Both the position numbers and the translations under genes were made by a program. Shown piece after piece: positions 53,315-63,596 of a stretch of DNA of 64,000 nucleotides (the stretch's first letter is position 1; every line of letters starts with the position of its first letter). The notes beneath the pieces were generated by a model. It was not told the DNA's origin and made no database searches. It saw nothing but the letters and a program-made list of their open reading frames with translations. The stretch is from Bacteroidales bacterium UBA5072. Its GTDB lineage: Bacteria; Bacteroidota; Bacteroidia; Bacteroidales; UBA10428. The DNA lies in assembly GCA_002415855.1 (NCBI GenBank), contig DIAS01000068.1, positions 6,484 to 70,483 on the forward strand. The letters run 5' to 3'.

Positions 53315-54865
53315 GTGAGCAAAGAATTGATTATTGATACATCCACCAGTGATGTTAGTATTGCTCTTTTAGAGGATAAAAAGTTAGTCGAATTAAATAA
53401 GGAAAAAAGCAACCCAAAATTTGCTGTAGGTGATATTTACCTGGGTAAGGTAAAAAAGCTGATGCCGGGACTTAATGCTGCCTTTGTTGATGTCGGCTAT
53501 GAAAAGGATGCATTCCTGCATTACCTGGATCTGGGTCCCCAGGTCAGATCTTTACACCGTTACCTCGATGGTTGTGTCAACAAAAGGGGCAAGATTCCTT
53601 CCTTCCAAAAATTCAAACGTGAGCGTGACATCGACAAAGAAGGGACAATAACTGACGTACTGGCTCAGGGTCAATTGGTTATGGTACAAATTGCCAAGGA
53701 GCCCATTTCAACCAAGGGACCACGTCTGACATCAGAAATATCCATCGCCGGTAGAAACCTGGTACTGATGCCGTTTCACGACAAGGTTTCTGTTTCGCAG
53801 AAAATACAGTCAGCCGAAGAGAGAAACCGGCTTAAAACCCTTATTCAAAGTATTAAACCGCATAATTACGGGATCATTGTCCGTACAGTCGCCGAAGGCA
53901 AAAAGGTAAAGGACCTCGATACCGAGCTGAAAGGCCTGATACGAAAATGGGAAAATGCCTTTGATAACCTGAAAGGCATAAAACCCCCGCACCTGTTTAT
54001 CGGTGAGATAAACAGGACCTCTGCCATATTGCGGGATATCCTGAATGTATCCTTCAACAGCATAACCGTTGATGATGAGACCATCTTCAGGGAAATCAAG
54101 GAATACATCAGCACCATTGCCCCTGAAAAGGAAAAGATCGTCAAACTGCACAAAGGTGACATTCCCATCTTTGAGCATTACGGCATTGAAAAACAAATCA
54201 AGTCAGCTTTTGGCAAGACCGTTTCGTTTAAGAACGGCGCCTATCTGATCATTGAGCATACCGAAGCACTTCATGTAATCGACGTAAACAGCGGCAACCG
54301 CTCAAAAACAGTCTCCAACCAGGAGACCAACGCATTTGAGACCAACCTGTCTGCTGCTGAGGAAATTGCACGGCAGCTCAGGCTGCGTGATATGGGCGGC
54401 ATTATCGTTATTGATTTCATTGACATGCAATCGAGTGACCACAAGCAAAAGGTCAACGAGAAGATCAAGCAGTCCATGGAAAACGACCGTGCCAAGCACA
54501 GCATACTCCCGCTCAGCAAATTCGGGCTGATGCAGATCACACGCCAGCGCGTCAGGCCCGAAATGCACATCAGCACCACTGAGAAATGTCCCACCTGCAA
54601 CGGTTCAGGTGAGATCTCTCCAAGCATTCTGTTTGTCGATAAGATCGAAAACCAGATCGAAACCATACTTCAGAAAGAAAAACATAATCTGGTCATCATC
54701 AAACTTCATCCTTATGTGGCTGCCTATCTGAAAAAGGGGGTAGTACCACAGTATATGAAATGGCGGTTCAAATATAAAACCCGGATCAGGATCGTGGCCA
54801 TATCATCCTACGATTTCCTGGAATACCATATCTTTGGTGCAAACGGGGAGGAGATCGTTTCTTGA
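53315..54865 (+). CDS. rng: Ribonuclease E/G family (RNase G-like)
   Basis: GTG start. S1 domain (GDIYLGKVKKLMPGLNAAFVDVG), the catalytic region HVIDVNSG and a Zn-link-like CPTCNGSG. Confidence 0.88.
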   Translation: MSKELIIDTSTSDVSIALLEDKKLVELNKEKSNPKFAVGDIYLGKVKKLMPGLNAAFVDVGYEKDAFLHYLDLGPQVRSLHRYLDGCVNKRGKIPSFQKFKRERDIDKEGTITDVLAQGQLVMVQIAKEPISTKGPRLTSEISIAGRNLVLMPFHDKVSVSQKIQSAEERNRLKTLIQSIKPHNYGIIVRTVAEGKKVKDLDTELKGLIRKWENAFDNLKGIKPPHLFIGEINRTSAILRDILNVSFNSITVDDETIFREIKEYISTIAPEKEKIVKLHKGDIPIFEHYGIEKQIKSAFGKTVSFKNGAYLIIEHTEALHVIDVNSGNRSKTVSNQETNAFETNLSAAEEIARQLRLRDMGGIIVIDFIDMQSSDHKQKVNEKIKQSMENDRAKHSILPLSKFGLMQITRQRVRPEMHISTTEKCPTCNGSGEISPSILFVDKIENQIETILQKEKHNLVIIKLHPYVAAYLKKGVVPQYMKWRFKYKTRIRIVAISSYDFLEYHIFGANGEEIVS

Positions 54866-54930
54866 TTCTTATGCTGCTTGAAGATGCCCATCAGGTTTTC
54901 CGGAATCTTCCATTAGCATCAGAATCAATC

Positions 54931-56067
54931 TTATACCTTAATAAATATCTTGTTCCGGTACATATACCGCAGTATCAGGAAGATCACCAGAAATGCGCCG
55001 ACTGACCTGATCAGGTCGTACCAATTGCCTGTAACGGCTTGTAATCCCCCTGTGAATACCTCTGCAACCAGCCCGAAATCGAACAGGTGCCAGGCGGTAT
55101 AAGCAACTATGGAATTTGAACCGATTATTACAAATGCCCTGGCCCAGCCCTGAAGCTTCATCTCATCAACAACCAGGTAAAAAAGGGCTAATGAAAGGGA
55201 ACAGATACCTCCGGCAAAAAGTACAAAGGATCCGGTCCAGATGTGCTTGATGATCGGGTGAAACGGATGCCAGAGCCTACCCAGAACGATCAGTCCGATC
55301 CCCATGACAGTCAGCTGCCATACCTTGCGCATTCCTGAACCCTCTGCCTTAAGCACGTAACCCGCAAAAACACCCAACATGGCAGTGGCGCCGAAATTAA
55401 GGCTGCTCAGTATCCAGGTATAGGTGGTGCCATCCTGGAAATTACCCAGAACCAACTTGTCGATATACAGTGCCATGTTTTCATGCGGATTGTATAAACC
55501 GGCACCCAGACCGGGAATCGGGATCAATGCCATAACAAACCAATAAACCAGCATGAGACCCAGGGTCGCCAGTAACTGTGCCCTTACCCCAATATACAAA
55601 ACAAACACCGAGGCAATCAGGTAACCTGCGGCAATCGACTGAAGCGTATTGCTGTAAAACTTGATCCCGGAAAAATCATACCCGAGCAGATTGCCCTGAA
55701 CAGCCATTCCCAAAATCCACAGGATGATGATACGTTTGATGATATGCGGCCACAGGTCAGCCTTTGAACGGGAAGTCCCAAGCCGCCTGGCAAATGAGAA
55801 CGGGATAGATACACCTGCAAGCCAGACAAAAAGTGGCATGATAATGTCATAAAACCTGAAACCCAGCCAATCCACATGATCGAGTTGAATATTGATAAAT
55901 GAGGTAGCAGGACTGTGGAATATCTTATCAAGGCTTTTGAAGATCACCTCACCACCCATAATCCAGAACATATCGAAGCCACGTAACGCATCAACCGACA
56001 GAATTCTTTTGCCTGAAGAGGCTTCAGGCCCGATCCTGAACTTTTCAAGTGATTCCAGTGTTCTCAT
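54931..56067 (-). CDS. Polytopic membrane acyltransferase-like protein (DUF5009 / heparan-alpha-glucosaminide N-acetyltransferase-like)
   Basis: 378 aa with about 10 TM segments. The N-terminal motif is LSVDALRGFDMFWIMGGE. Confidence 0.55.
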   Translation of the reverse strand: MRTLESLEKFRIGPEASSGKRILSVDALRGFDMFWIMGGEVIFKSLDKIFHSPATSFINIQLDHVDWLGFRFYDIIMPLFVWLAGVSIPFSFARRLGTSRSKADLWPHIIKRIIILWILGMAVQGNLLGYDFSGIKFYSNTLQSIAAGYLIASVFVLYIGVRAQLLATLGLMLVYWFVMALIPIPGLGAGLYNPHENMALYIDKLVLGNFQDGTTYTWILSSLNFGATAMLGVFAGYVLKAEGSGMRKVWQLTVMGIGLIVLGRLWHPFHPIIKHIWTGSFVLFAGGICSLSLALFYLVVDEMKLQGWARAFVIIGSNSIVAYTAWHLFDFGLVAEVFTGGLQAVTGNWYDLIRSVGAFLVIFLILRYMYRNKIFIKV

Positions 56068-56114
56068 ATGAATTTAATTTAATTTAAATTTGCATAAATT
56101 ATTACACAATACCA

Positions 56115-58145
56115 ATGAAGCGTATCATACTTTCTTTTCTGGCTATAGCGTTTATCTTTCAGTTTGCGGACCCGCAGGTTATCAAACCGGTAAAATGGAC
56201 CCTCTCCACCAGGGATGTGGACAAAGATCATACAGATCTGGTTTTCACTGCTGTCATCAAAAGCCCCTGGCATATGTATGGCCTCAATATACCCGAAGGA
56301 GGACCTATCCCTACCACCATCAGTTTTCAGGATATTAAAGGCTTTGCCCTTGCAGGTAAACCCACCCAGTCACCTGAACCGGAAGTTGTTGACGATAAGA
56401 TCTTCAACATGAAGCTTGAACTGCACAGCAACAAGGTTACCTTCACCCAGCGTGTCAAAAGGCTGCAGACCGACAGCATCATTATTACAGGTATGCTGGA
56501 TTATATGACCTGCAGCGACATGCAGTGCGTGCTGGGGGATCAGGATTTTACGTTCCGGCTGAAGGGAAAGGATACAGGAGCAGCGGCAGGAGTAACCTTA
56601 ACTGGGACCTCAGTAACAGGACAGTCACCGGCTGATGTTCCAAATGATTCTGCTGCAACTGCTGTTTCTACTGCCGCTGCAGATACAACTGCTGCCAGCA
56701 GGAAATCCCTGCTCGGTGTATTCCTCCTATCCCTGCTGGCCGGTCTTGGCGGATTGCTTACCCCGTGCGTATATCCCATGATCCCCATGACGGTTTCCTT
56801 TTTCCTGCGTGGCAACAAGACAAGAGCACGGGCCATCTCCGAAGCACTGGTTTTTGGTCTGTCCATTGTATTCCTTTATACATTTATCGGAGTTTTGGTG
56901 GCCGTATTTAAAAATCCAAATGCTGTCAACAATTTTACAACGCACTGGCTTACCAATCTGATATTCTTCATGGTTTTTATGCTTTTATCAGCGTCTTTCT
57001 TCGGCATGTTTGAGATCATGCTGCCTTCAGGACTAGCCAATAAAGTGGACAGGCAGGCCGACAAGGGAGGATATCTCGGAGCATTTTTCATGGCCGTGGC
57101 CATGGCTGTACTGTCCTTTTCCTGCACGGGCCCTATTGTGGCCTCGCTGCTTATTAAAGCCTCACAGGGCCAGGTCCTCGAACCTGTTATCGGAATGGCA
57201 GGCTTCTCCCTGGTATTTGCACTTCCATTTACGCTTTTCGCAGTCTTTCCTTCCTGGCTGCAGGGACTCCCGAAATCAGGAAGCTGGCTGAATGCCGTTA
57301 AGGTGTTCTTTGCATTTATCATGCTGGCATTTTCCCTGTACTTCCTGGGCAAGATCGACCAGTCCTATCACCTGCATCTGATCAGCCGTACACTGTTCCT
57401 CAGCATCTGGATTGTGATATTTGCACTACTGGGCGTCTACATGCTGGGGAAGATCAGGTTTGCCCATGACAGCGACCTTCCCCATATTGGCGTACCCAGG
57501 TTTATTTTTGCCGTGGCCAGCCTTTCATTCGCCCTTTACCTGTTTACCGGACTTTTTGGAAACGAACTGAGGGGACTCTCCACCATACTACCCCCCTCTG
57601 CCAATACCACGGCTGCAGTTGCCGGACAGCCGGCGGGGACTGCCAGTAGGGCGCAGACAAATGGATCTGCTCCCAGCGGCCTGTGCAATACCCCTAAATA
57701 TGCTGACTTTCTCACACTCCCCCATGGTCTGCAGGGGTACTTCGACTATCAGGAAGCCCTTGCCTGTGCCCGCGAATTGAACAAGCCAGTACTGGTAGAC
57801 TTCGTTGGCCACACCTGTTCCAATTGCAAGAAGATGTACAGTGAGGTCTGGTCGGATCCAAGGGTACTTAAAAAGCTTCAGGATGAATTCATCGTTGTGG
57901 CCCTCTACACCGATGATAAAACCAGGCTGCCTGAAAACGAATGGATCACATCCTCAGTCGATGGCAGGGTGAAAAATACCATCGGAAAAAAGAACCAGGA
58001 CTTTCAGATTTCACGGTTCAATTCCAATGCACTTCCACTTTATGCCATTGTGGATGGCAACGGGAACGATCTGACGAAAGAATATTACACCTATGATCCG
58101 GGTGTGGAGAAATTCCTGCAATGGCTTACGAACGGAAGCCGGTAA
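56115..58145 (+). CDS. dsbD: Thiol:disulfide interchange protein DsbD-like (N-domain + CcdA-type TM core + C-terminal thioredoxin)
   Basis: TM core with CVYPMIPMT and FSCTGP, plus a C-terminal thioredoxin fold with CSNC (GHTCSNCKKM). Confidence 0.8.
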   Translation: MKRIILSFLAIAFIFQFADPQVIKPVKWTLSTRDVDKDHTDLVFTAVIKSPWHMYGLNIPEGGPIPTTISFQDIKGFALAGKPTQSPEPEVVDDKIFNMKLELHSNKVTFTQRVKRLQTDSIIITGMLDYMTCSDMQCVLGDQDFTFRLKGKDTGAAAGVTLTGTSVTGQSPADVPNDSAATAVSTAAADTTAASRKSLLGVFLLSLLAGLGGLLTPCVYPMIPMTVSFFLRGNKTRARAISEALVFGLSIVFLYTFIGVLVAVFKNPNAVNNFTTHWLTNLIFFMVFMLLSASFFGMFEIMLPSGLANKVDRQADKGGYLGAFFMAVAMAVLSFSCTGPIVASLLIKASQGQVLEPVIGMAGFSLVFALPFTLFAVFPSWLQGLPKSGSWLNAVKVFFAFIMLAFSLYFLGKIDQSYHLHLISRTLFLSIWIVIFALLGVYMLGKIRFAHDSDLPHIGVPRFIFAVASLSFALYLFTGLFGNELRGLSTILPPSANTTAAVAGQPAGTASRAQTNGSAPSGLCNTPKYADFLTLPHGLQGYFDYQEALACARELNKPVLVDFVGHTCSNCKKMYSEVWSDPRVLKKLQDEFIVVALYTDDKTRLPENEWITSSVDGRVKNTIGKKNQDFQISRFNSNALPLYAIVDGNGNDLTKEYYTYDPGVEKFLQWLTNGSR

Positions 58146-58172
58146 CAGTGCATCCTATTTACCTGTTGTGCG

Positions 58173-61148
58173 TTAAAAAATCCGGTTCTTCAGTTTGAAC
58201 GGATTGATCACATTGAAATCAATGATGTAACGGATCGTCTGCCAGTAGTTCCCGGTAAGGGATTCATTCACCCTGGAAATATCTCCCGAGGTCAGGAGCG
58301 GAAAATAGATCTTAATGAGATTTCCGAGATTCACCATTGCACCTATTTCATATGCCATGTTTTCGGAGTAAATGATGTCATCCTCCGAAATATTCCAGGT
58401 GGTTGAACCGGCACCTGAATAAGTGCCGGCATTTGCAAATACATATAACGGGGTTTTGGGCACCCGAAGTGTAGCGCCTACCGTTGCCAGCCAACTGTCA
58501 GATACTGCAAACGGATTGTTGGAGACAAAACCTCCCTCCTGCATGACAAACTGCTGAGAAAGCAGAATCTGGCGATTTTCATCCTGGATGTCTTCAAATC
58601 TGCCTAAAAACAGGTGTTCATACCGGTAATCATGAATCCCCGAGGAACCACTGAGCTGAATGGCATAAACATCACTAAAATTGCTTCCCCTGCTGAGGAA
58701 TCCCGATACAAATAACCGGATATGCAAAGCATCCCGCGCGTACTTCATGGAATGCCCGTAATTCAATTCCAGTGACGATCTGGAATAGTCCTTATTAACC
58801 TCAGCATTTAAATTTATCCTGTATGGATTCAAAATATTGTGATTGGCATAGTTGGCATCCATGGTAAGAAAGTAGATATCCAGCAACCGGTCAGTGTGGA
58901 GGGTTGCCACCCCCGATGTGCCGGTCAGCCCAAATCTGAGCGTTTTACTTGCCTGGCTCCTTGCATCAGCATTTCTGAAAGTAAAAAGGACCTCCCCTCT
59001 GGCCTTGTTATAGCTGGCCCCGTTTTCAATCCCGTATCCGAAACGCCGGGCATCCGCACTCAACTGAATAGCCCGAAAGATGGATGAACCTGGGTAAAAG
59101 TTGAACGAGATCCTGCCCATCCCGGCAATATCGTGGTTTCCAAGTCCAAACATTGGAACAAATTGATATTCCAATAATTGCTGAGGTATAACGGGACTGT
59201 AAAGTAAGAACCCTACCAGTGTTTTGTTATAGTTATTCCAGCCAAGTGCAGGCATAATCCCTATGGAAGTTCTTTCCGGATTTTCCAGGATCTGAAAGGG
59301 GTGTATATTCACCGGCTCCACCCATTTTACTGGGCCGTGCGTTCTGCGCGTATTGTTTTTCTGCCTGATCTCCGGAAGCCAGATGGAATCAAAAAGAACC
59401 ACCTTGTCAGCGGATTGCAGGGATAAGGGGAGCCATTGTTTCCCCGTAAAACCGGGATACCAATGCGATTGATCTTCACTGCCATTCCTAACGGCAGTCA
59501 ATAATACAGGCGAGGCAACAGCTCCTGCATTTTTCACCAAAACACCGTCGGGTCTTGTCCGGGTGATGGCATAATCTAATTTTCGCGTAGTAGCAAGCAG
59601 GTCATTAAAGAACCAGGTCAGGTCCTCCTTGCAGCCCAATCGAAATGCCTGCTCCAGCTCCTCGGGACCAGGATGTTTGAATTGCCATTTCTGATAAAAC
59701 TGTTGCATGATCTGGTTGAACTTTTCTTCTCCCAGATATTCCATCAGGTAGCTAAAAGATAGTGCAGCTTTGTCATACACCACCAGCCCGTAATTCATGG
59801 TGCTGTAGTCCCCGCTTGGCAGGTTCAAAGGCTGATCCAGGTTATTCCTGGCAGACAGCAGGAATGAATATTCATAATAGTAACCATGTAGTTGCTTGTG
59901 GATATTCAGTTTCCGGGCCAGGGACTCATTGTTCAGGAACATTTTATAGAGCTTCAGTCCGGGATATTTGGTATGCAGGTAGCGGAATTCACTGAAGGAG
60001 TTGATCCCTTCATCGAGGTAAGGATATCGCCGCTCATTAAAACCAAGGATCCCATAAAACCAGTTGTGTCCCACCTCGTGCATGATAAATTCCTCCAGCA
60101 TAGTTGGTGTGCTTGCATCACCCACTACCGTTATTGTAGGATATTCCATTGCGCCTCCGGACTGAAGGGAACCATACACTGCACTGCAATTGCTGTAGGG
60201 ATAATTCCCGTACCACCGGGAATAATACTTCAAAGCATCATTGATATATTCAATGGCATTTTTCCACAACCCGGCCTGTTTGTCAGTATACATGGCCCAG
60301 GTGGTCACTTTTTGATTGCCGGGCAGCATGACTTCACCCTTGCTGACCCGGTAGCGCTTATCTGCAAACCATGCAAAATCATGAATGTTTTTTTCGGTAT
60401 ACCGGATGGTTTTTAATATCTTATCCGATGCAGGGAAATTCTGCACCATGGTGGAGTCTGTTGTCTTTCGCTCAAGCCAGTCCAATTCCTCGATTGTCTC
60501 CAGGTTACCTGTCGCTCCCACAACATAGTTCCTGGGTAGTGTGATGGAAACATCAAATGAACCAAACTCGGAATAAAATTCTCCCTGTTCAAGATAAGGC
60601 ATTTGATTCCAGCCATGCTGGTCATATACCGCCGGTTTCGGGTACCACTGGGATATCTGGTAAGACTGACCAACATGGCCAAACCGTGAAAATGATCCGG
60701 GGATCTTTACATAAAACGGCGTGGTTATAACAATGGTGTCACCCGGTGCCAAAGGGTCATTCAGGATAAGCCTGCAAATGTCTATATGAAAATCATCCGG
60801 TATCCAGTTGATGATCTTATGATCAACCCTGAATTCCAGGGAATCGATATAGCCTCTGTCCTCCTCCCTGGCATAATAAAACCCCACGCTGCCGCTTGCG
60901 ATCTGTTGCAGGGCAAATGCGGTGGACCGGTCCTTATAGGCATTCGGCCAAAGGTGAAAATAAAGATATTTCAGGGTAACCGGGGAGTTGTTGATGTATT
61001 GTATGGTTTCAAATCCTTTCAGAGAGTGCTTTGTATCATTCAGCGTCACTGAAATGGTATAATTTACTTCCTGCTGGAAGTAGGCCTGACCTGAAACCAC
61101 TCTGAAACTTGTCATCAGCAAAAACAGGAAAAGCACATGAAGTTTCAT
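58173..61148 (-). CDS. M1-family zinc metallopeptidase (aminopeptidase N-like) with a long C-terminal extension
   Basis: 991 aa with a signal peptide. It has HEXXH-x18-E, read directly as HEVGHNWFYGILGFNERRYPYLDE. Confidence 0.82.
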   Translation of the reverse strand: MKLHVLFLFLLMTSFRVVSGQAYFQQEVNYTISVTLNDTKHSLKGFETIQYINNSPVTLKYLYFHLWPNAYKDRSTAFALQQIASGSVGFYYAREEDRGYIDSLEFRVDHKIINWIPDDFHIDICRLILNDPLAPGDTIVITTPFYVKIPGSFSRFGHVGQSYQISQWYPKPAVYDQHGWNQMPYLEQGEFYSEFGSFDVSITLPRNYVVGATGNLETIEELDWLERKTTDSTMVQNFPASDKILKTIRYTEKNIHDFAWFADKRYRVSKGEVMLPGNQKVTTWAMYTDKQAGLWKNAIEYINDALKYYSRWYGNYPYSNCSAVYGSLQSGGAMEYPTITVVGDASTPTMLEEFIMHEVGHNWFYGILGFNERRYPYLDEGINSFSEFRYLHTKYPGLKLYKMFLNNESLARKLNIHKQLHGYYYEYSFLLSARNNLDQPLNLPSGDYSTMNYGLVVYDKAALSFSYLMEYLGEEKFNQIMQQFYQKWQFKHPGPEELEQAFRLGCKEDLTWFFNDLLATTRKLDYAITRTRPDGVLVKNAGAVASPVLLTAVRNGSEDQSHWYPGFTGKQWLPLSLQSADKVVLFDSIWLPEIRQKNNTRRTHGPVKWVEPVNIHPFQILENPERTSIGIMPALGWNNYNKTLVGFLLYSPVIPQQLLEYQFVPMFGLGNHDIAGMGRISFNFYPGSSIFRAIQLSADARRFGYGIENGASYNKARGEVLFTFRNADARSQASKTLRFGLTGTSGVATLHTDRLLDIYFLTMDANYANHNILNPYRINLNAEVNKDYSRSSLELNYGHSMKYARDALHIRLFVSGFLSRGSNFSDVYAIQLSGSSGIHDYRYEHLFLGRFEDIQDENRQILLSQQFVMQEGGFVSNNPFAVSDSWLATVGATLRVPKTPLYVFANAGTYSGAGSTTWNISEDDIIYSENMAYEIGAMVNLGNLIKIYFPLLTSGDISRVNESLTGNYWQTIRYIIDFNVINPFKLKNRIF

Positions 61149-61274
61149 GGGGAGGGATTTATTAGATCAAATATAATAACTTTTAAGGAAGGTCAAAGGT
61201 CGTAGGGTATTAGCCTATAACAGATGCCATATTGACCGATTATTTGACATATATATGCCATTATGTCTGTTTTT

Positions 61275-61282
61275 TATGTTTG
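61275..61282 (+). promoter_or_regulatory. Bacteroidota -7 box (TATGTTTG) upstream of hsp20
   Basis: Matches TAnnTTTG, 73 nt upstream of the ATG at 61355. Confidence 0.4.
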
Positions 61283-61340
61283 GTATTGAATTTGAAAATA
61301 TGCTGTTGTAGTTTTTAATAACCAATGTCTAACTAAATAT

Positions 61341-61346
61341 AGGAGG
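61341..61346 (+). promoter_or_regulatory. Strong Shine-Dalgarno (AGGAGG) 8 nt upstream of the hsp20 ATG
   Basis: Read directly as ATATAGGAGGAATTAACCATG. Most other genes in this window lack any SD. Confidence 0.6.
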
Positions 61347-61354
61347 AATTAACC

Positions 61355-61786
61355 ATGTTACCTTCATTGAGAACAAGAAGCACCTGGCCGAATCTGGTTG
61401 ATGAATTTTTCAACGGAGAACTTTTCCCGCGGTTCATGGAAAACGAGACCAGGTATACCCTGCCTGCGGTTAATATAATTGAAGGCAAGGAGGATTTCCG
61501 GATTGAAATAGCAGCACCCGGACTGAACAAGGAGGATTTCAAGATCAACCTGGAAAACAACGTGCTGACTGTTTCATCGGAAAAAGAAGAAAAGCAGGAG
61601 CAGAAAGATGAAAAAGTAATGCGCAGGGAATTTAACTATTACTCTTTCAGCCGTTCCTTCACGCTGCCGCAGACGGTAAACGCCGAAAAGATCAGGGCAG
61701 CACACAAGGATGGTATCCTGCAGGTCATCATCCCCAAAAGGGAAGAGGCCAAGGAGAAACCCTCACGGGAAATCAAGATCTCGTAA
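61355..61786 (+). CDS. Hsp20/alpha-crystallin family small heat-shock protein
   Basis: Alpha-crystallin domain (PAVNIIEGKEDFRIEIAAPGLNKEDFKINLENNVLTVS ... GILQVIIPK). Confidence 0.92.
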   Translation: MLPSLRTRSTWPNLVDEFFNGELFPRFMENETRYTLPAVNIIEGKEDFRIEIAAPGLNKEDFKINLENNVLTVSSEKEEKQEQKDEKVMRREFNYYSFSRSFTLPQTVNAEKIRAAHKDGILQVIIPKREEAKEKPSREIKIS

Positions 61787-61819
61787 AGGATGTATTCCAG
61801 CAGCCTTGGAATGGCAACT

Positions 61820-61859
61820 AAACCTTCAAGCGGTCGCGGACTCTTGAAGGTTTTTTTTT
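61820..61859 (+). terminator. Intrinsic terminator after hsp20
   Basis: 10-bp perfect stem AACCTTCAAG (61821-61830) / CTTGAAGGTT (61843-61852), followed by a T-run to 61859. Confidence 0.8.
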
Positions 61860-62063
61860 GATAAACTTTGCCCTGATAAAATCCGGCCGGTAAATACTCC
61901 TTTGGCAGGCCAACCGCCTTCACCTTAAAGCAGGCCCTGATGCAACCTATACGTACACATTTAACAGCATAATATTTTGTATGCTTGTGTTATATAATTT
62001 ATTAGCTTTGTTAACTTGTACGTATATGTTTATTTTGTAATATTGTGAACTGATCCAAACAAC

Positions 62064-62774
62064 ATGGGAACGCTATACCGGAAGGTACAGCATGATCTGA
62101 AATCACAGATCATTGCCGGAGTATACGGCGAAGGTGATCTCCTGCCCTCGGAAAGTGAATTACAGCGGTTGCATGGTGTTACACGCAGCACCATACGGCA
62201 GGCTTTGGAAGAACTGGTGAAGGAAGGTTATATCCGGAAAAAACAGGGGAAAGGCAGTATTGTTATCAGGAGGCAAAGGCGAACGTTGGGCATGCTTTCG
62301 GTTAAAGGTTTTTCAGAGGTGGTCAGCAGTCGAAGGATGGCAGTCAGTACGGTCATGATCCAAAAACCTGTGATTAGCCGGTGGGAAGAACCCTTTTTTT
62401 ATCCGCTTGATGACCTGGAGCAAAAAGCCGGTTGCATTTTTCTGAAAAGGATACGCTGCGTGGAGGACGAGCCGGTAATGCTCGAATCGACCTATCTGCC
62501 CAACACCAATCTTCCGCGGTTCTGCACCCGACCCCTCATTCACGGATCATTGTTTGAAACGCTGAGTGTGAATTACTCCCTTGAAATTACCCGGGTTGAA
62601 CAGGACTTAAGGGCTGTGCCGGCTGATGATGATGCAGCTGCGCGGCTCAGGATTGGACCCGGTAAACCGCTTTTGCTGATTTATCTGAAGTTTTATACCA
62701 ACCGCGAGCATTTGTCGGTTTACAGTTCATTGCTTTGCAACACTACCGGGTATTCGATCGGGAATATCCTGTAA
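62064..62774 (+). CDS. GntR-family transcriptional regulator (HutC/UTRA subfamily)
   Basis: wHTH (LPSESELQRLHGVTRSTIRQALEELVKEGYI) plus a UTRA-like effector domain. Confidence 0.85.
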   Translation: MGTLYRKVQHDLKSQIIAGVYGEGDLLPSESELQRLHGVTRSTIRQALEELVKEGYIRKKQGKGSIVIRRQRRTLGMLSVKGFSEVVSSRRMAVSTVMIQKPVISRWEEPFFYPLDDLEQKAGCIFLKRIRCVEDEPVMLESTYLPNTNLPRFCTRPLIHGSLFETLSVNYSLEITRVEQDLRAVPADDDAAARLRIGPGKPLLLIYLKFYTNREHLSVYSSLLCNTTGYSIGNIL

Positions 62775-62825
62775 ATGATACAAAACAAGATCATTTCTAA
62801 ATATTAAATTATTCATCAATACCTT

Positions 62826-63548
62826 GTGAAAATGACAACCCTAAGAGAATTGGCAAAAATGATCGACCACTCCATCCTTCAACCCACTCATACGGACGAA
62901 GACCTTAGGACACAATGCGCATTAGCCCGAAAATACGAAGTGGCCTCGGTATGTGTGAAGCCCTATGCGGTTAAACAGGCTGTTGAACTGCTAAAAGGCT
63001 CGGAAGTAGCAGTAGGTTGTGTGATCGGGTTTCCCCATGGCAACAGCTCCACGGCGGTTAAAGTTTTCGAGACTGAACAGGCTTGCAACGACGGTGCCAC
63101 AGAGATCGATATGGTCATCAATATTGGGAAGGCACTGGGCGGTGACTGGCCTTACGTGGAAAATGAAGTTAAAGTCGTAACCGATACCTGTCACCGGAAC
63201 CGTGCCATTGTGAAGGTAATATTTGAAAACGATTTCATCACCCGGACCGAAGACAAAATCAGGCTTTGCGAGATCTGTACCAAAATCGGAGCTGATTTTG
63301 TAAAGACTTCAACCGGATATGGCTTTGTGAAGCAGCCCAACGGGGATTTTAATTACAAAGGAGCCACGGTTGCTGATGTGGCGCTGATGCGGAAACACTC
63401 CGGGCAAAAAGTACAGGTCAAATGCGCCGGTGGTGTTCGCACGCTGGATGATCTGCTGAAAATGAAGGATGCCGGTGCTACACGTGCCGGTGCAACAGCC
63501 ACCGAGGCCATTCTCGGAGAAGCCGCAAAACGGTATGCAAATACCTGA
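62826..63548 (+). CDS. deoC: Deoxyribose-phosphate aldolase
   Basis: IDHSILQP, a Schiff-base Lys context (FVKTSTGYG) and a C-terminal GATRAG-type segment. The start is GTG 62826 or ATG 62832. Confidence 0.85.
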   Translation: MKMTTLRELAKMIDHSILQPTHTDEDLRTQCALARKYEVASVCVKPYAVKQAVELLKGSEVAVGCVIGFPHGNSSTAVKVFETEQACNDGATEIDMVINIGKALGGDWPYVENEVKVVTDTCHRNRAIVKVIFENDFITRTEDKIRLCEICTKIGADFVKTSTGYGFVKQPNGDFNYKGATVADVALMRKHSGQKVQVKCAGGVRTLDDLLKMKDAGATRAGATATEAILGEAAKRYANT

Positions 63549-63596
63549 CCCCAATTCCATAAAACCGCCTGTTTCACATCTTAAAAACAAATCGCC

